Positions 13,201 to 26,495 of a stretch of DNA of 64,000 nt are shown in pieces (position 1 is the stretch's first letter; each line of letters begins with the position of its first letter). The position numbers and the translations under genes are program-made. The notes beneath the pieces are model-generated. The model worked only from the letters and a program-made list of their open reading frames with translations. It was not told the DNA's origin and made no database searches. The DNA comes from Azolla caroliniana. Lineage: Eukaryota > Plantae > Polypodiophyta. The stretch is from contig JBHGNT010000010.1 of assembly GCA_043228905.1 (NCBI GenBank), forward strand, positions 4,712,001 to 4,776,000, written 5' to 3'.

Positions 13201-16200
13201 ATTTGAGAACATGTGCAATTAGTGGAGAAAGTAAATCCTCAAGAAATACTTCTCTATATGGTGGATGCATGGAGCAGTATCAATCCTAGGTTCACTTGGA
13301 AAGAGTATGAAAATGTCAAAAAGCACTTTTTTATCTCAAGAAACATACTCCATGCACACTCCTATTTCTCAAGACAAGATCATTTCCCATTGAAACCATG
13401 GCCGTGAAAATGGTTGTTCAGTACATGGTTCAGCTTCAAAAAAGTTCCTCACAACTCAAGAAACAAACTTTGTAAAGACTCCTATTGCTCGAGACAAGAC
13501 CACTTCCCATTGAAACCATGGCCGTGGAAATGGTTATTCAGGCTTAGGCAGTTGAGAGATACCTTCCCAACTACTGGCTAGGATAGGATCCTATAACTAA
13601 AGGCGGGCGCATGAACCCTCTTTCAACCTTCTCAGGAATCATAAGAATATGCTTACTGCATCAGGACCACCTAAAGGTGAATCAAACCCTGAATACACAG
13701 GTCTCTTCATGAATAGTTGTGCAATGGATTTGAGAGACTTCTTAGGATCATAAAGAAGCCCGCAAAAAGATCCAAAAGACACATAAATGCAAAGTTTTGT
13801 GTTCCGTAAGATATGAGAAAATGGTTTGAAAGATGGGATGCAACACACTTGCTTCATGATGCATCAATATATTCCTCTATGAAAGAGGCAAGCCTTTTTG
13901 CAACACCAATGTATCATGATATGGGGAAAATGTAGAGGCTCACACTTCACACATTATACTACCTACGTTGCTAGTCCACACTTGCCTTGATGGGAGACTT
14001 TGGGGCATAGGTGCAGAGACAATTGGACCACGCACATTTTTCCCGAAACAAGGCTAGGAGTCTTAAGTATTACCCTTTGATACATTGTTTTGCCTTTGAT
14101 CACATTCAACTATGTTTGCCACACCTTTTTAACCCAGCCCAATCCTTGCATGAAGTTCTATCACAGTCACAATATGCACTCTCAATTTGTGACATTCATA
14201 AGTGAAGTTCTTGAGCATAAAGAATCACTACTCATTTTCACATGTATTACGTGAAACCATTATAGTTTAGATCTCATAGGTCATATTTGACCTCTGAAGA
14301 CGATGATAAAAACCATCTATCTATCTATCCTCCATTGATTTGCAACACCTCCCTCCCTCCGTTTTCATTGTACATTTGCAAAGTAGTTACTTTCATTGTA
14401 CACGTGCAAAGTAGTTAAGAATCTATTACTAATCAATAGACCAATAAAAGTAAAACAATGGTGAATAGATTGGATAGAAGAACCCAATCCTCCCGACCAC
14501 CCATAGCTATAATCAAGCCATATCCAACCTACCACCGACATCCCATAACGACGGATATTAGGATAACTAGTATGGTAACACAATCGTTGCGATGAAAGCC
14601 TTGCCCACACTACTGGTGTCTCAAGACTTCAGCCTTCTGACTTAATGTGTTTTATGAGGTTAGCTCAGCCTCATATTTATACTTCTTCCTATTGGTTGTC
14701 AAGATCATGATAGTGCATATGCACCAATCATTCCTTCTATCCAATCACATTAGACCCTTTCTAACATTAGTCACCTACCCTCACCTACTACATTCTGCAC
14801 AAGTGGCTCATTTTAATGATAATATTTAGTCTCCCTCTTTCCTTTGTTTCACATTGTTGCACAACGTGCAAGTGTGTTTCCTAATCATTTAATTCAGGAG
14901 TAACTATATGGATGTAATTCATGGAATTGGCAAGATTTTTAGTAGCAAATCTATGACTAAATCATCATAATGATGGCAAAGAATATACATGTACTAGGAA
15001 GAATATAAACGAGTAACCCAAGAGAGCTGGAAATAGGACCTGTTATCACTCCTCAATATTCATAGATTGACACTTGAACTCACAGTTTGAAATTTTATCA
15101 ACTCTTCTATAAACTCAAGCATCGAATTTTTTCAAGCATATATGAGGCAGTGAAAACCAGCTCTCTAAACCAAATGTAGGGATGCTAGAGCCTTCACACG
15201 AAATATTTCCAATGTAAAAACATAGATATTAAGTCTGTAGAGTCTTAATAAGAACAATTCACAGCAGAGGCTTGATAATAATGGATTTTTTCTTGTTTAA
15301 CAATCAGTATCATATTTCATTCTCATGCATATCCCATTTCATGTTCTAATAAACAAGTCCCAGAATATACAGATTACCATATCTTTCTTGGAATTCTGGA
15401 GTGTCTTGTAGAAATTCCAAGCCACGGTGTGTTGCAAGCAGCTCCCTTAAAATTGGCCGAAAATCATCCTAGAAAACCATCATTTATTTTTGGCATATAT
15501 ACTCGAAATTAAAAATTAGAATACAGAAACTACACCTCACAATATAAGGTTCTCCCAAGAGAAAGCATGAAGTTAGATGCACATTCTAGTCTAGAAAATA
15601 CCATCTTTGAATGAGAATCCCAATACATGCTAATGCATTTGTAGCAAAACAGCCAAATGAAGAAAGAAAGAAAAGATTGCATCAAGGTCAGTGACTCTTG
15701 CATCCCATTTCAAGCACTGCTCTCCTCTATGTTTCTATGTGCTAAAGAAACAAGAATAGCAGATTCACCTGTGTCAGATATGGCTTTTCTGGTTGTTTCA
15801 AGATAGAAAACACTCTAGTTGGTAAATCTGCAGAGATCAAATTATTCCGCATCCAATAATCAACGAATGCATTTCTGAAACAGGCATAAGTCATTCAGAA
15901 ATTGATTCATTCATATAATGAGTACCTAAGATAAGAAAGCTGCCATGATCTTGAGGTAAATGTGCCTACAATGCATAACATGTAAAGAATGTAATAAGGA
16001 AATACCTTGAGACCACTCCTGAATTGTTCACATCAATTTTCTTGAATAATAAGGTTGAAAAGAAGGACGGTATCCTGCAAACATCTTTTGTGATTGGTAC
16101 AAAAGCTGTAAAATGACAAAAGGCAGTTAATAGAGCTTAACAAATACAGTTACTTACCTTGACAAATAACCACATTTTATGCACATGCAAAATCCTAAAA

Positions 16201-19200
16201 TGCGCAACTGTTGCTTGCATAAAAGATACCATTATGCATTGTGCTTTTGCACACCTTATAATCAATTGCATCCCTGGATTGCACCATCAAATAAAAGTCA
16301 AATTAAAATCTCTTAGACTACATTGGAAGGAATGAGGGGAGTCTCCAGTGTATGATGTGCCATCAAACGAGGGTGTAAGGTAGAGAATGATGAAATCTTG
16401 AACATGATAAAACGTCAATCTTTCTATAGATGATTCACATAACATTAATTGTCCTCCATGTCTTCCTCTCACATAGACCCTGATTTGATAGAATGACCTG
16501 ACATCTTTCAGTAGATGGTTGTAATTTAACCTTAATTTCTTATATGCATGACCAACTAACATTACCCAACCATGAATATCAACTTAGACAGCGGAGAAAA
16601 GAACCGGACAAAATGAGAAACCATCATGCAATTCAACGTGCCAAGGTACACATGAAATGTTCAACACAATGAAATGCCAATATTTCCATAAATAGTCGTA
16701 GCATAACTTCAATTCTCTTCCATATCTTCCTCCAATGTAATTACACCAGATGAGATGCCAGTCTTTCAGTAAATGGTTGTGGGATAAACTTAATTCTCTT
16801 CCATATCTTCCTCTTACGTAACCCCAATATAATTTCCTATACAAAACTACATTACCATTTTCGAGATCATCCACATTTCTCAATTATTGATAATATGCCA
16901 AAATATTGAATACTTTCTAATCTTCAAGGTAAGCCATTCAATCTCATGGAAGAAAATGGGCAGATGATATTTGACAAGAAGGCAGACTATCTGAAGGTAA
17001 TGTAATTCTCAAACAGATAAAAAATAATGCACCCTCATCTTTTCATTCTAAACTCTGAAATATGTATTCGAAAAAAAGAAAAATTATAAACATGCCTGGA
17101 TAAAAATAAAACAATGAAAAACGAGCCACAAACAAAAAGATCGCGACTTTTCTGGTGTACATGCTCTATTACAATTATGTAGATATATAGTATGCATCTG
17201 CCCTACATAAAACCTATGAATAAATGCACTATCAATGGGACGACAAAATACCATGAATGGGTAAGCCATCCGGATTACTAGAAAAAATTTGATCAATTTT
17301 ATACAGGCACTGTTCAGCAATGTCCTTCGCAGGAGGCGGACCCTTCGGAAAGTAAAACTGCAGAAACCATTGGAGCAACATGTTACAAATATCCAAAAAC
17401 TGCAAATAGTATAATTTCAGTGAGTGTGACCTGTGGTATAATTTCTCTGACAGGTTCGCTGGATTTCTTTAAAGGAGATCCCAAGGCAAATGGACCAATT
17501 CCACCTCTGCGCAAGGATGATTTTGGAGATAAAGGTGCACCAGATGCACTTCTAGGTGATAGAGGAGGTGTGCTTCCAGATGAGAACATTGAGGGTAATA
17601 TAGAACCTGACAACGTTGCATTTCCCATACTAGGTACAGACAATGCCACCCCAGCCTTGGCATCCTCAAGCAATGATAAAACCTGCATGCACAATTGCAT
17701 TAAATGAATCGATTTTTCCTATCTGTATGCATGGAATATTATCATTCCATAGCACTTGAAATATTCAGAAGCATACAAGAACCAAAAAATATATCCATGA
17801 AAACCTAGTGAATGCATGGAACAGCCCCCTGGATGAATTTTGAGGAAGCTTGAGATCATGCTAGAGTTTCCTCAACAAATAGAACAAAGCGGCATTAAAG
17901 CACAAAAAGTGAGCTTTCAAAGAAAAATGTGGACAATTGCCAAAGGTGACAAATTTATCCTCAATCAGGAATTTCTTTTATAACCACGTTGAAATTTACT
18001 CTTCTGGTCATATTTATTTGAATGAATCATTCATACTTGACATTAACGTCAATAACAGTTTTTTCATGAGTCTGGTTACGAACTAAATTATCCATAAATA
18101 CCATTATTGGGTATAGATTGTCTTGATACCAGATATTGACTCTAGCTCTGTTGTTGATGCATGTTTGGCAGCAAAGGCACAAGGTTATCCATAAGAACAA
18201 ATTATCTGGTTCCCAATAATATATAGATCTGGAATTTCCAAGGTATCTTTCTCGACTTTATCTTAAATACAAGTCAATTATTATATAGCATCCATAATAT
18301 CCATGCTGAATATGTATATCTACATCCTTTAATATATTGTCCTCCATAAAAAATCTTGTCGTGAAACTCTAAATTGACGGAGTTCATCTACCATGTTGAA
18401 GACATAGAGAAATCAAGATATTGATGTCCAAGATAAAAAAACATCAATACCGTGATAGGTAATTTCGAAATCAGTATAATTCTTCTGGCTAATCCAGCCA
18501 GAAGAGTTTATTTCACCTAAACACACTCATAAAAATAGAAAAACTCAAAAGCGTGGAACAGAACAATATTCACTAATGAATTGCATGACCCACGACCATA
18601 GATTTAGCTAAATTGCCTCTCTTGTTTGTATTACACCCATTGGAAATCTTCCTTTATCATTGTTCCATTGTCCACAGAGCATGGTGCTCATGGAAAATGG
18701 GATAATGAGCGAGAAATTATGAGAAAAAGGAGGAAGGAGGTAGTATCACTATAATGAAATTCTAGATAGCCTTTTCTATCTTCCAAAAGCCCATCTTTCC
18801 AGTATACCAAAAACTCATCTTTTGTCTGTTTCCCATATTGGGGCATTACCTTAACTGATTGCCATATTTGCAAAAAGTCCCATCTATTTACTACGTGGCC
18901 ATGATTTGTATAGTGTCCAATGCATGAAAGTTTGGTTGATACCACATAACCTCACCAATTAAGCTCCACCCATTCCATCAAAAACCACCCATACTTCCCT
19001 TTCTCTCTTTGTATGCTCATTGGGTACAATTTTGTATGATATTTCTGTCGCGCGGTTCTATTTTATCTCTGATGATTATAACAAAGTCAATCTATCTATG
19101 CAAGGCCTGAGAATTGGTTGGCACTTCATCCAAACACAAATGAAGCCAAGGTTAACTAGACCTACTATTGTAGCTCTAGGTATCTACACTAACATTTTTC

Positions 19201-19608
19201 TGTTTTGAAGATGGGCTCACTTCCGAACTGGTGCAGATCCCTTCAAAATCATGAGGTGTGGGGGCATGCAACATCCCATCTCAACCCTCGTCTCTCATCT
19301 TTCATCTTTCTCGCTCCTCCTCTCCGCTCACTCATCTAGTGTCTCTCATCTCTCTCGTTTTTAATTGCGGTTCAATTGCCTCTTACCAGGCGTTGGGTCT
19401 CTGGGAGGGAGAGCCAGTGTGTGAAGAGCTCTTCGAGAGGGAGCTTCACGACGGGGTTAGGTTTACTTGAAGAAGTGGAGTTGATGCCGAAGGTGTTAAT
19501 GTTGTTGGCGGTGTTGATGCTGATGTTGTTGTTATTACTGGGGTGCTCCAGAAGCTGCAGAAGGTCTGGATCCAGGGAGCCAACCTCGAGCGCCATGTGA
19601 GAATCCAT
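4266..19608 (-). CDS. PP2A-B'': Protein phosphatase 2A regulatory subunit B'' (PR72 family, EF-hand), ~566 aa
   Basis: 12 GT-AG exons: 19387-19608, 17431-17682, 17252-17357, 16006-16105, 15769-15874, 15378-15468, 5991-6132, 5643-5790, 5397-5506, 5049-5205, 4788-4913 and 4266-4406 (1701 nt, in frame). Family motifs: [59 protein letters not shown]-hand [31 protein letters not shown]-terminus DEPLESPF*. Confidence 0.95.
7400..9480 (+). mobile_element. Degenerate LINE (non-LTR) reverse transcriptase fragments in PP2A-B'' intron 6
   Basis: Eroded RT motifs: GFRR...T.HI (~7565), [16 protein letters not shown] (QGCPLSP-like) and CLYNDDIIL (YADD-like) in ORF 7749-8021. An ~82-bp tandem duplication sits at 8041-8201. 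Confidence 0.65.
9720..10085 (+). mobile_element. Ty1/Copia RNase H fragment, followed by a PPT and probable LTR start at 10117
   Basis: ORF 9828-10085 reads [33 protein letters not shown]...[14 protein letters not shown]. It is followed by aagtgggaggt and then TGTTGGG. Confidence 0.85.
10800..13560 (+). mobile_element. Degenerate LINE copies (AP endonuclease + RT), at least two RT segments
   Basis: APE-like VGHFNTRV (~10980) and [10 protein letters not shown] (ORF 11065-11427). RT-like FVNFKKAF (~12100), [12 protein letters not shown] (~12340), a second QGCPL (~12800) and LLYADDVLL (~12930). Many stops and frameshifts. Confidence 0.75.
16300..16930 (+). pseudogene. Degenerate leucine-rich-repeat (NLR-type LRR) fragment inside PP2A-B'' intron 3
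   Basis: Repeated units translate, with frameshifts, as [36 protein letters not shown] and [18 protein letters not shown]. These resemble the plant NLR LRR pattern LxLxxCxxLxSLPxLPxxL. Confidence 0.5.
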
Positions 19609-19619
19609 ACTGCTAGGCT

Positions 19620-19890
19620 CTGTCTCTGTCTCTCTAAATGCTCTATGCTATGCTTTTTTTTTTCTGACGCTCCCTCTGTGCTATCTTATGCTCTGCTATG
19701 ATCTGTTGTGCTCTGCTGTGTTATGTCATCTTCTGGCTCTGCGATGATCTGTTCTTCTCTTTGATGTTATGCCATGTTCTGCTCTGCTCTCCTCTGTTCT
19801 GTTCTGTTCTGCTCTCCTCTGTTCTGTTCTGCTCTCCCCTGTTCTGTTCTGTTCTGTTCTGCTCTGTTCTGCTCTGCTCTGTTCTCCTCT
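19620..19890 (-). repeat. Imperfect pentanucleotide (CAGAA/CAGAG)n array in the PP2A-B'' 5' UTR/promoter
   Basis: Runs of ttctg/ctctg on the + strand immediately upstream of the start codon at 19608. Confidence 0.85.
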
Positions 19891-20113
19891 GAGTTTTCCT
19901 TTGGATCAGGTTGAACTGAAAATGGGACATTCAAAAATTTCCAGAAAGGGAAGAGCACTTACCCTATATTATTATTATTAATCATTATTATTACTACTTA
20001 ATTAAACTTTTCTATTAATACTTAATTAACCTTTTCCTTTACTTAACCTTTTCTTAGAAAAGCACTTAATCCCAAACAAATAAAATATGTAAGACTAACA
20101 ATGCCTTATTAGC

Positions 20114-20114
<1 letters not shown>

Positions 20115-20192
<78 letters not shown>

Positions 20193-20408
20193 TTTTTGGG
20201 ATCGCTAAAGATTATGATCACACGGATCAGAGCACCGATATACCACTTTCAGTTGCTTGTGCAAGAAAAGCTCGATCTGTCTCATCGGGTTGTTCGCTCT
20301 CACACACACACACTCTCTATAAATTTAATCATGCTTTTTACCCCATATGCAATGACTCTTCCTTTCCATCCTTGTATGTATTGGAAACCTCAGCCTGGCT
20401 AAATCATT

Positions 20409-20462
<54 letters not shown>
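20115..20462. repeat. Two (CT)n microsatellites (~20115-20188, ~20413-20462)
   Basis: Perfect dinucleotide runs upstream of PP2A-B''. Confidence 0.95.
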
Positions 20463-20466
<4 letters not shown>

Positions 20467-23400
20467 AGTTGACATGTATGACTTACTGCATGTTTGATGC
20501 GCCCAACCATGCATGCATCACAGGCACACGTACACGCACCATGACTTGTATAATTATTACTTACCTTTACACAATCGAGACAAAAACGAGAGAGTGAATC
20601 GAAGTCGAAAGGTTTGGGATTTTGAAAGATATGATGCCCTTGCTCGGACATCCTTATTATTTCCCTTTTCATGCATAGAGTAAGAGGAGAATATAAGGAA
20701 GAAATACAAGAGTACATTGAGTGGATTCCCTTTACAAATGCTTCCAACCTTTGAGCTGCGAAATGCATATATGATGCTTTTGTGGATAGGTCATCATTTT
20801 CCCCGAGAGAGTCTAGTGGTGCACTACTTTGGCTACGTGAGTTTACCTAAAAAAGATAAATTGCATCCACATTGTGAACTTGTTTTTATTTCCAACCTCT
20901 ATGAAAGGTGTCTCAAAGAGTTATGACGTGTACTCATTTTATCCAACTCCTGAAGCCTTATTCAACCTTTCCCAAATATTGATGCTTGATGGCTCAAATT
21001 TCTTTGGGACGAGTTTACATTTGCATGCAATCAATATGGTCATGGATTTTGAATGTCCATCGGATGGTTCTAAACAATGCATAGTTTTCCTCTATAATTG
21101 TTCGTGATCTATAATTAACCTTTTGGGCTCGCTATCAAATAACATAACTTCTTGTTTTTTTTATTCTCTCGCAAGATCAATTGCATGAGCAAGATTGATA
21201 TATATTGCACTTAAATTTCATTGTTCTTGCACCGACAAGTATATTGATTATGGCTCCACATGTTGCAATTTAATGTATTAGCTTTAAGGTCTCACCGTAT
21301 ATCAACAAATGGTTGAAACATATAGAAATTGGAATAAAGGTTAGATTGTGTATTATCCTTGTGCTAATAATGTTAAGTTTCTTTGCATGCATAGGTATGC
21401 ACCTATAGATTAATTGTCAAGAATTAGATGTACTAATTATCGTATCTTCACTCAATCTCCAACAAGGCCCACCTTATATACATGACCCAAATACTACATT
21501 AAACTTATTTTCATTGTCATGTACTGGTGTATGTACTCGTACAAGGAACTTTTTCGACACTAAAGAGAATATAGTATTAGATAGTCGATGTGGATAGTTT
21601 GGTTTAGTGCCTAGCATTAAATCTTCGTAGTTTCATGGAAAATACGTGTGTACGAAGGGACATGTATATTCTCATGCATTTGTTATACTCCTCATAAGGG
21701 GAGTGTCAATCCTCAACACCCAACATGCCTCAACAATGTCTGAACCCTGATAGGCCTTGTTTCGTTGTGGTTCATCGTGCATGATGTTGACTATTTGGAT
21801 AACAAGGCACGTTAATTCGTAATTTACCCAACAATTCCTTAAATTGGGAAATTATTTTGACCCCACGAACTTATCTTGGGAGATACTTTTCGAGTGTGGT
21901 AGATCCAAGTAGATGTTCACTCATGTAGACTCTAATTTTGTAAGTTTATACTCTAGATAGACTATCTTGATCCACATAAAATATGCCATCTCACTTTTGG
22001 GTAAATGCAATCTCACTCCAACTAGATGCTCTCACTCTAGATTGATGCTTGTATTTTAAGTGGATACTCTCCATTTGGGTATGTTGATCCATTTGAAGAG
22101 AGGTTCTTATACCGGGTAAATATACTTATTTGGCAAAAATGATCGTCTATCCAAACAATCCATTTCCCTTCATTTGATCAATCAACACATCATCTAATGT
22201 TTGAGAACTCTAGAAGTCAAATTTCCTTTGTTGGCTTTTGAGTGGAGTGTGCTTAATAGACTTTTGATGAGTTTGCTATGCCATATGTCATTCCCAATGT
22301 GAATACTTTTGTTTTCATTGCTTCCATGTCTACCTGCTTAGTTTTCAAATTTGGTCTATCACATGTGAGGTTTTCTACTCATCTCCTTGTGTCATGTGTT
22401 GTAGATTATTATGAAGCTTCTAAGGGTTCATAGTCATAGGCTCCTTTAATTCATTTTTTAACCACTTCACATTATTATGTCTTGAGTAGTTTGGTTTTAC
22501 TTTTTAGAGTTGTCTAGTGGGTATGCGATGGCCAAAAGGCCACAATCATTAGTAGTATATGTAAGTGATCTTTAACTAGGCTTTAAGGTTATCTATGAAT
22601 GAAAAGGAACCATATTTAGGCAACTAAATGAGCAAGTAATTGATGTTGTGTAGTGAAATGATGACTTGTTATGTAAGCCTATTTAAGTTGTCAAGTCATG
22701 TAGTCCTTAAAAAAGAGAACGATTGTGAATATAATTTAAATATAGAAGAGGTATTGATTGTATTATTTATAGATTATTCTATGTTAATCTCTTGTGTTAT
22801 TTTCATAATGTGGTATCTCTCACTCTTACTATTTGATGATACCATATCTTTGATGTCCTTTATGCCACCTTCTAGAGGAAGCTCTCTATTCAACAACCAC
22901 ATTTACACAACACACCAATTCCTCCACTAGGCGATGCCCCAAATCCCAAATTGGTTGCAATTCATCCCTCTCTTTTTCCTTATTGGCTACCTCCTTGAGT
23001 AAGAAAGGTGATCCACAAGTAGCCACCATTGGTAGTCTAAGGGACATCTTGTCCTAGCCTTAGGCTTATCAGATTTTGTATTTAGCCTTGACCCAATCTA
23101 CACATGATTAGGCACTTGGTCTACCATCTGTCCCTCTTAGAATTCGCTCATCATGAAAACACTCTAAATCTTAGTCAACATGGAATGGTGTTTTCCCATC
23201 GGCCACAATTTTAATATGGCGTCAATACGTTCTCAAAATAGCCTCTCTTTACATGTAGATTCTTGAGTATGAGATGTTTATATGGGATTTACCATACTCA
23301 AAAAATGCACTTGAGTAATTCATGACTAGATGGTCCAATGAGAGAGCTTATAGACAAAGGGTCTTCATGTAGAGTGATCAACATGAAAGATGAGTTTAAC

Positions 23401-24944
23401 CTAACATCTCTCACATTGTCTGGTTAGAACAATCACATGACTTTGTACAACGAGATGGTGTAGTCTCCTAGGGCCTCACACTCTACCATTGAGCAGTTTT
23501 GTTTAGGATTTGTTAATGTTGATGTAATGACTTTCCAATACCACTTTGTGGTTGTAGAATTGCATTAACATTTTGTCGATCCTCAAGTCAAAAGCATTGA
23601 TGAATACATGCAACTCATGGTTCTAGTTGAGTGGTTGCACGATTGATGCTTGAGTCAACATGTTTGTTAGGGTTCTAAAGGCTTAGTCTTGATTTTTTTT
23701 TCATTTAAATGGTGTCCAATGGAAAACGATGGGGAGGTGTTGGTGTGAAATTCAGCCATGTGGTAGAACATACAACTTTATTGTAGTACTTGATCGAGGA
23801 AGTGGGCAATGCCTTTTGTGTTCATTGGCACCAATGCATCAAATAACACGATCCCTTTGCCTAGGTTGACGCTGATGTTGTTGCAAAATATATGTTTGAG
23901 TAACAATCGACTAACTCTGAATGAACACTAGGGGATTCATGCTAAGTCAAGTGGTGCAACATAGTTGAGGCCGAGTAGCATAATGGTCAACTTGGTCACT
24001 AAACATGAAAAAATATTTGAGCAACACCAACATGAATGAGGGTATGTATGACTAAAAGATCTCAATGTCAATGCACTAAAACATGGTCAAACATCATCAA
24101 TGACTATGATGTTGACTCCTCATTCCATTTTCTTTTGGTCCTCAACTACCATGCAAATTTGATCGTAGCCATTGAAACTATCAAGAAAACTATAAATTTC
24201 ATTGCCGACTACCATGTCAAAGACACACATGTGACAATAATGAAAAGTTGTCATAGATTGTGGCCACAATGAAATAGCAACGAAAGATGCATATCAATGC
24301 GTTTTTCTTCAAGATGATGATTCTTGGGTTGATCAACGACCAAACACATCACACTCGCAAAAGTTTTCCAAACTCTTTTTTGACAAGGGCATTGTAATCA
24401 AGGCTCATAATGTTATATTATCATTGCTTGATAGGGTTGGATTCCTACTTCAAGTGAATTGGATGGATGTTGGTAGAGTTGAGGACCATGTCCTCACTAA
24501 GGTTCACAATTGGCCCCCTTGCCTTTTTAGGCTAGTGGATAACCAAGACAAAAACTAGTGTGAGTGTCACCCTCTTAGTGGCATAAGTAGCATAGAAGTT
24601 GTGGATGAGGGTTGAATGGTTTGGTTTTAGTAGGTAGCCCAAGAGCAATCAATCAAGGTGGCTCCCATTGATATGTGCTTATGGGTAACTATAAGTTATT
24701 GCGGGCATGGTTGATTGTAGCATATGTTTTGCAATTACCTTTGACAACGTGATATTGCTCCAAGGTGTGTACATACGAGTGGCCAAAACAACTAAATGCG
24801 GAGTGTAGACATATGCTCAACCATCAAATGGCCAAAGTTTAGTCAAATGGCACATTGTATTGTATTGTATTGCAAAAAGGTGCTTGTTAGATTCTAACTA
24901 ATTAATTAAACAAAACACAAAACACCGAGACATTTGAAATAGGT

Positions 24945-25160
24945 AATATGTTGCATTCATAGATTGACATATACGTTATATTCGCGATATTCTCCATGCA
25001 TGATATTCGTAATATTCGAGAATACAAAATGGCCCCAAGAATATTATAAAACCATTTATTTTAATATGTCGCATTCATAGATTGACACATACGTTATATG
25101 TGTGATATTCGTAATATTCGAGAATAAAAAATGGCCCCAAGGATATAAACCATTCGTTTT
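24945..25160. repeat. Imperfect tandem duplication (~110 bp x2)
   Basis: aatatgt(t/c)gcattcatagattgaca...gatattcgtaatattcgagaata.aaaatggccccaag occurs twice. Confidence 0.8.
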
Positions 25161-26495
25161 AAATTTACACAGTAAAAATTATATAATTCACTAAAAAATA
25201 ATTAGTTCATTATTAACTAATTAATTTACTAAAATATTAATTAATTCACTAATAATGAATTAATCAGGGGTTCGGCTAAATTTAGGGTTTCAGAAAAACC
25301 TTGAGTTTGCAGGCCCTGAACAAAATGTAGGCATCACGCAAAGGATGCAAAGGGAGGCGAGGATATATGCCGAGAAGAAGAGATTTGGTTGAAATTAGGG
25401 TTTTCAGCTAAAACCCTAATTTGTTGGCTGAGAATAGGATGCAGGGGAAGGTGAGGGTGTAATAATGTAGGATGAAGCTTCTTCGCTGATTGTTTGCTCG
25501 CCTGCTAGCCGTAGGTAAGTTAAAAAAATCATATTTTTTTTTAGAAAAAGAAAAGAAAAGAAATACTTGTACATGTATTCGTATTCGTATTTGTTTGCAT
25601 TCATGGGGGAGGCCCCACAAATGTGAACATGTCAATCTATGGTCGCATTCTCCTTTTCACATCTTGGTGAGATGTTAAAAATGTCTTATTTTAGTAGACT
25701 TTCTAAAGGGTACAACGCATGCATACATAGTTTCTTAAAACATAGTGGAATTCTAAATCAAATCATTCAATGACAAGAAAATCAATAGTCTTATATTCTT
25801 TCTATCATGTTTTTCTATCCAGTTCTTAGATAAGGTATGACATTCCATGCAAGATTAATTGGATTAACCCTCATTTTGTATAATATGAAACTCATAAACC
25901 ATAGGATAAATGTTACAATGCAAAATTGATGTGTATATTTATATATAATACATTCGCAAGGGATTTCCAGAGGTTGCATTTATATAAAATACATTTGCAA
26001 GAGAAATATTCCAATGACACATCACGCATGACATGTGACACCTTGAACATGGATAATAACCGAACTATAATAACCAAAATATTCCAATCATACGAACAAA
26101 TGATAGAGTATACTATCCTGTGAATACCCAGACTAGAATGGAGACCATAAACAACATGTATACATGCAAATTATACATAAACTCTAAGTTCAACAACTTA
26201 TACAACACAAATTATAAATAAACTCAAACTATACTTATGTCGGAAGTCATACAACACAAGATATCAATAATGTCAAAGTTTAATATTGTTCGAATTATAC
26301 ATCTAGCCATATGCATTCAATCCAACAGTAAGTCCGATACGATGGATTGTCATGATATGGCATAGTATGGCTTCAAAAAGACTTGAACCCATGACCTTGT
26401 GTTGAATGGGTGGAAGCCATACCATTAAGCCATGTATTGTAATACAAATAATATTATTTTCATTTATTAATTCATTATAAGAAATTCATGCATAT

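Noticed and set aside
13590-14610. Short non-LINE inserts (13639-13857 ORF, 14440-14610) as captured gene or organellar DNA
   Set aside because: No frame could be assigned to a known protein by eye.
18688-18945. ORF with EFLVYWKDG, chromodomain-like
   Set aside because: A single short motif in intron 1 with no supporting integrase or LTR.
19698-19981. ORFs with RTEQN / LFCSV repeats
   Set aside because: They are translations of the pentamer microsatellite.
20800-24800. Possible ancient Gypsy remnant on the - strand (YLGHV-like at ~21490)
   Set aside because: Only isolated weak motifs, with no boundaries or continuous frame; a profile search is needed.
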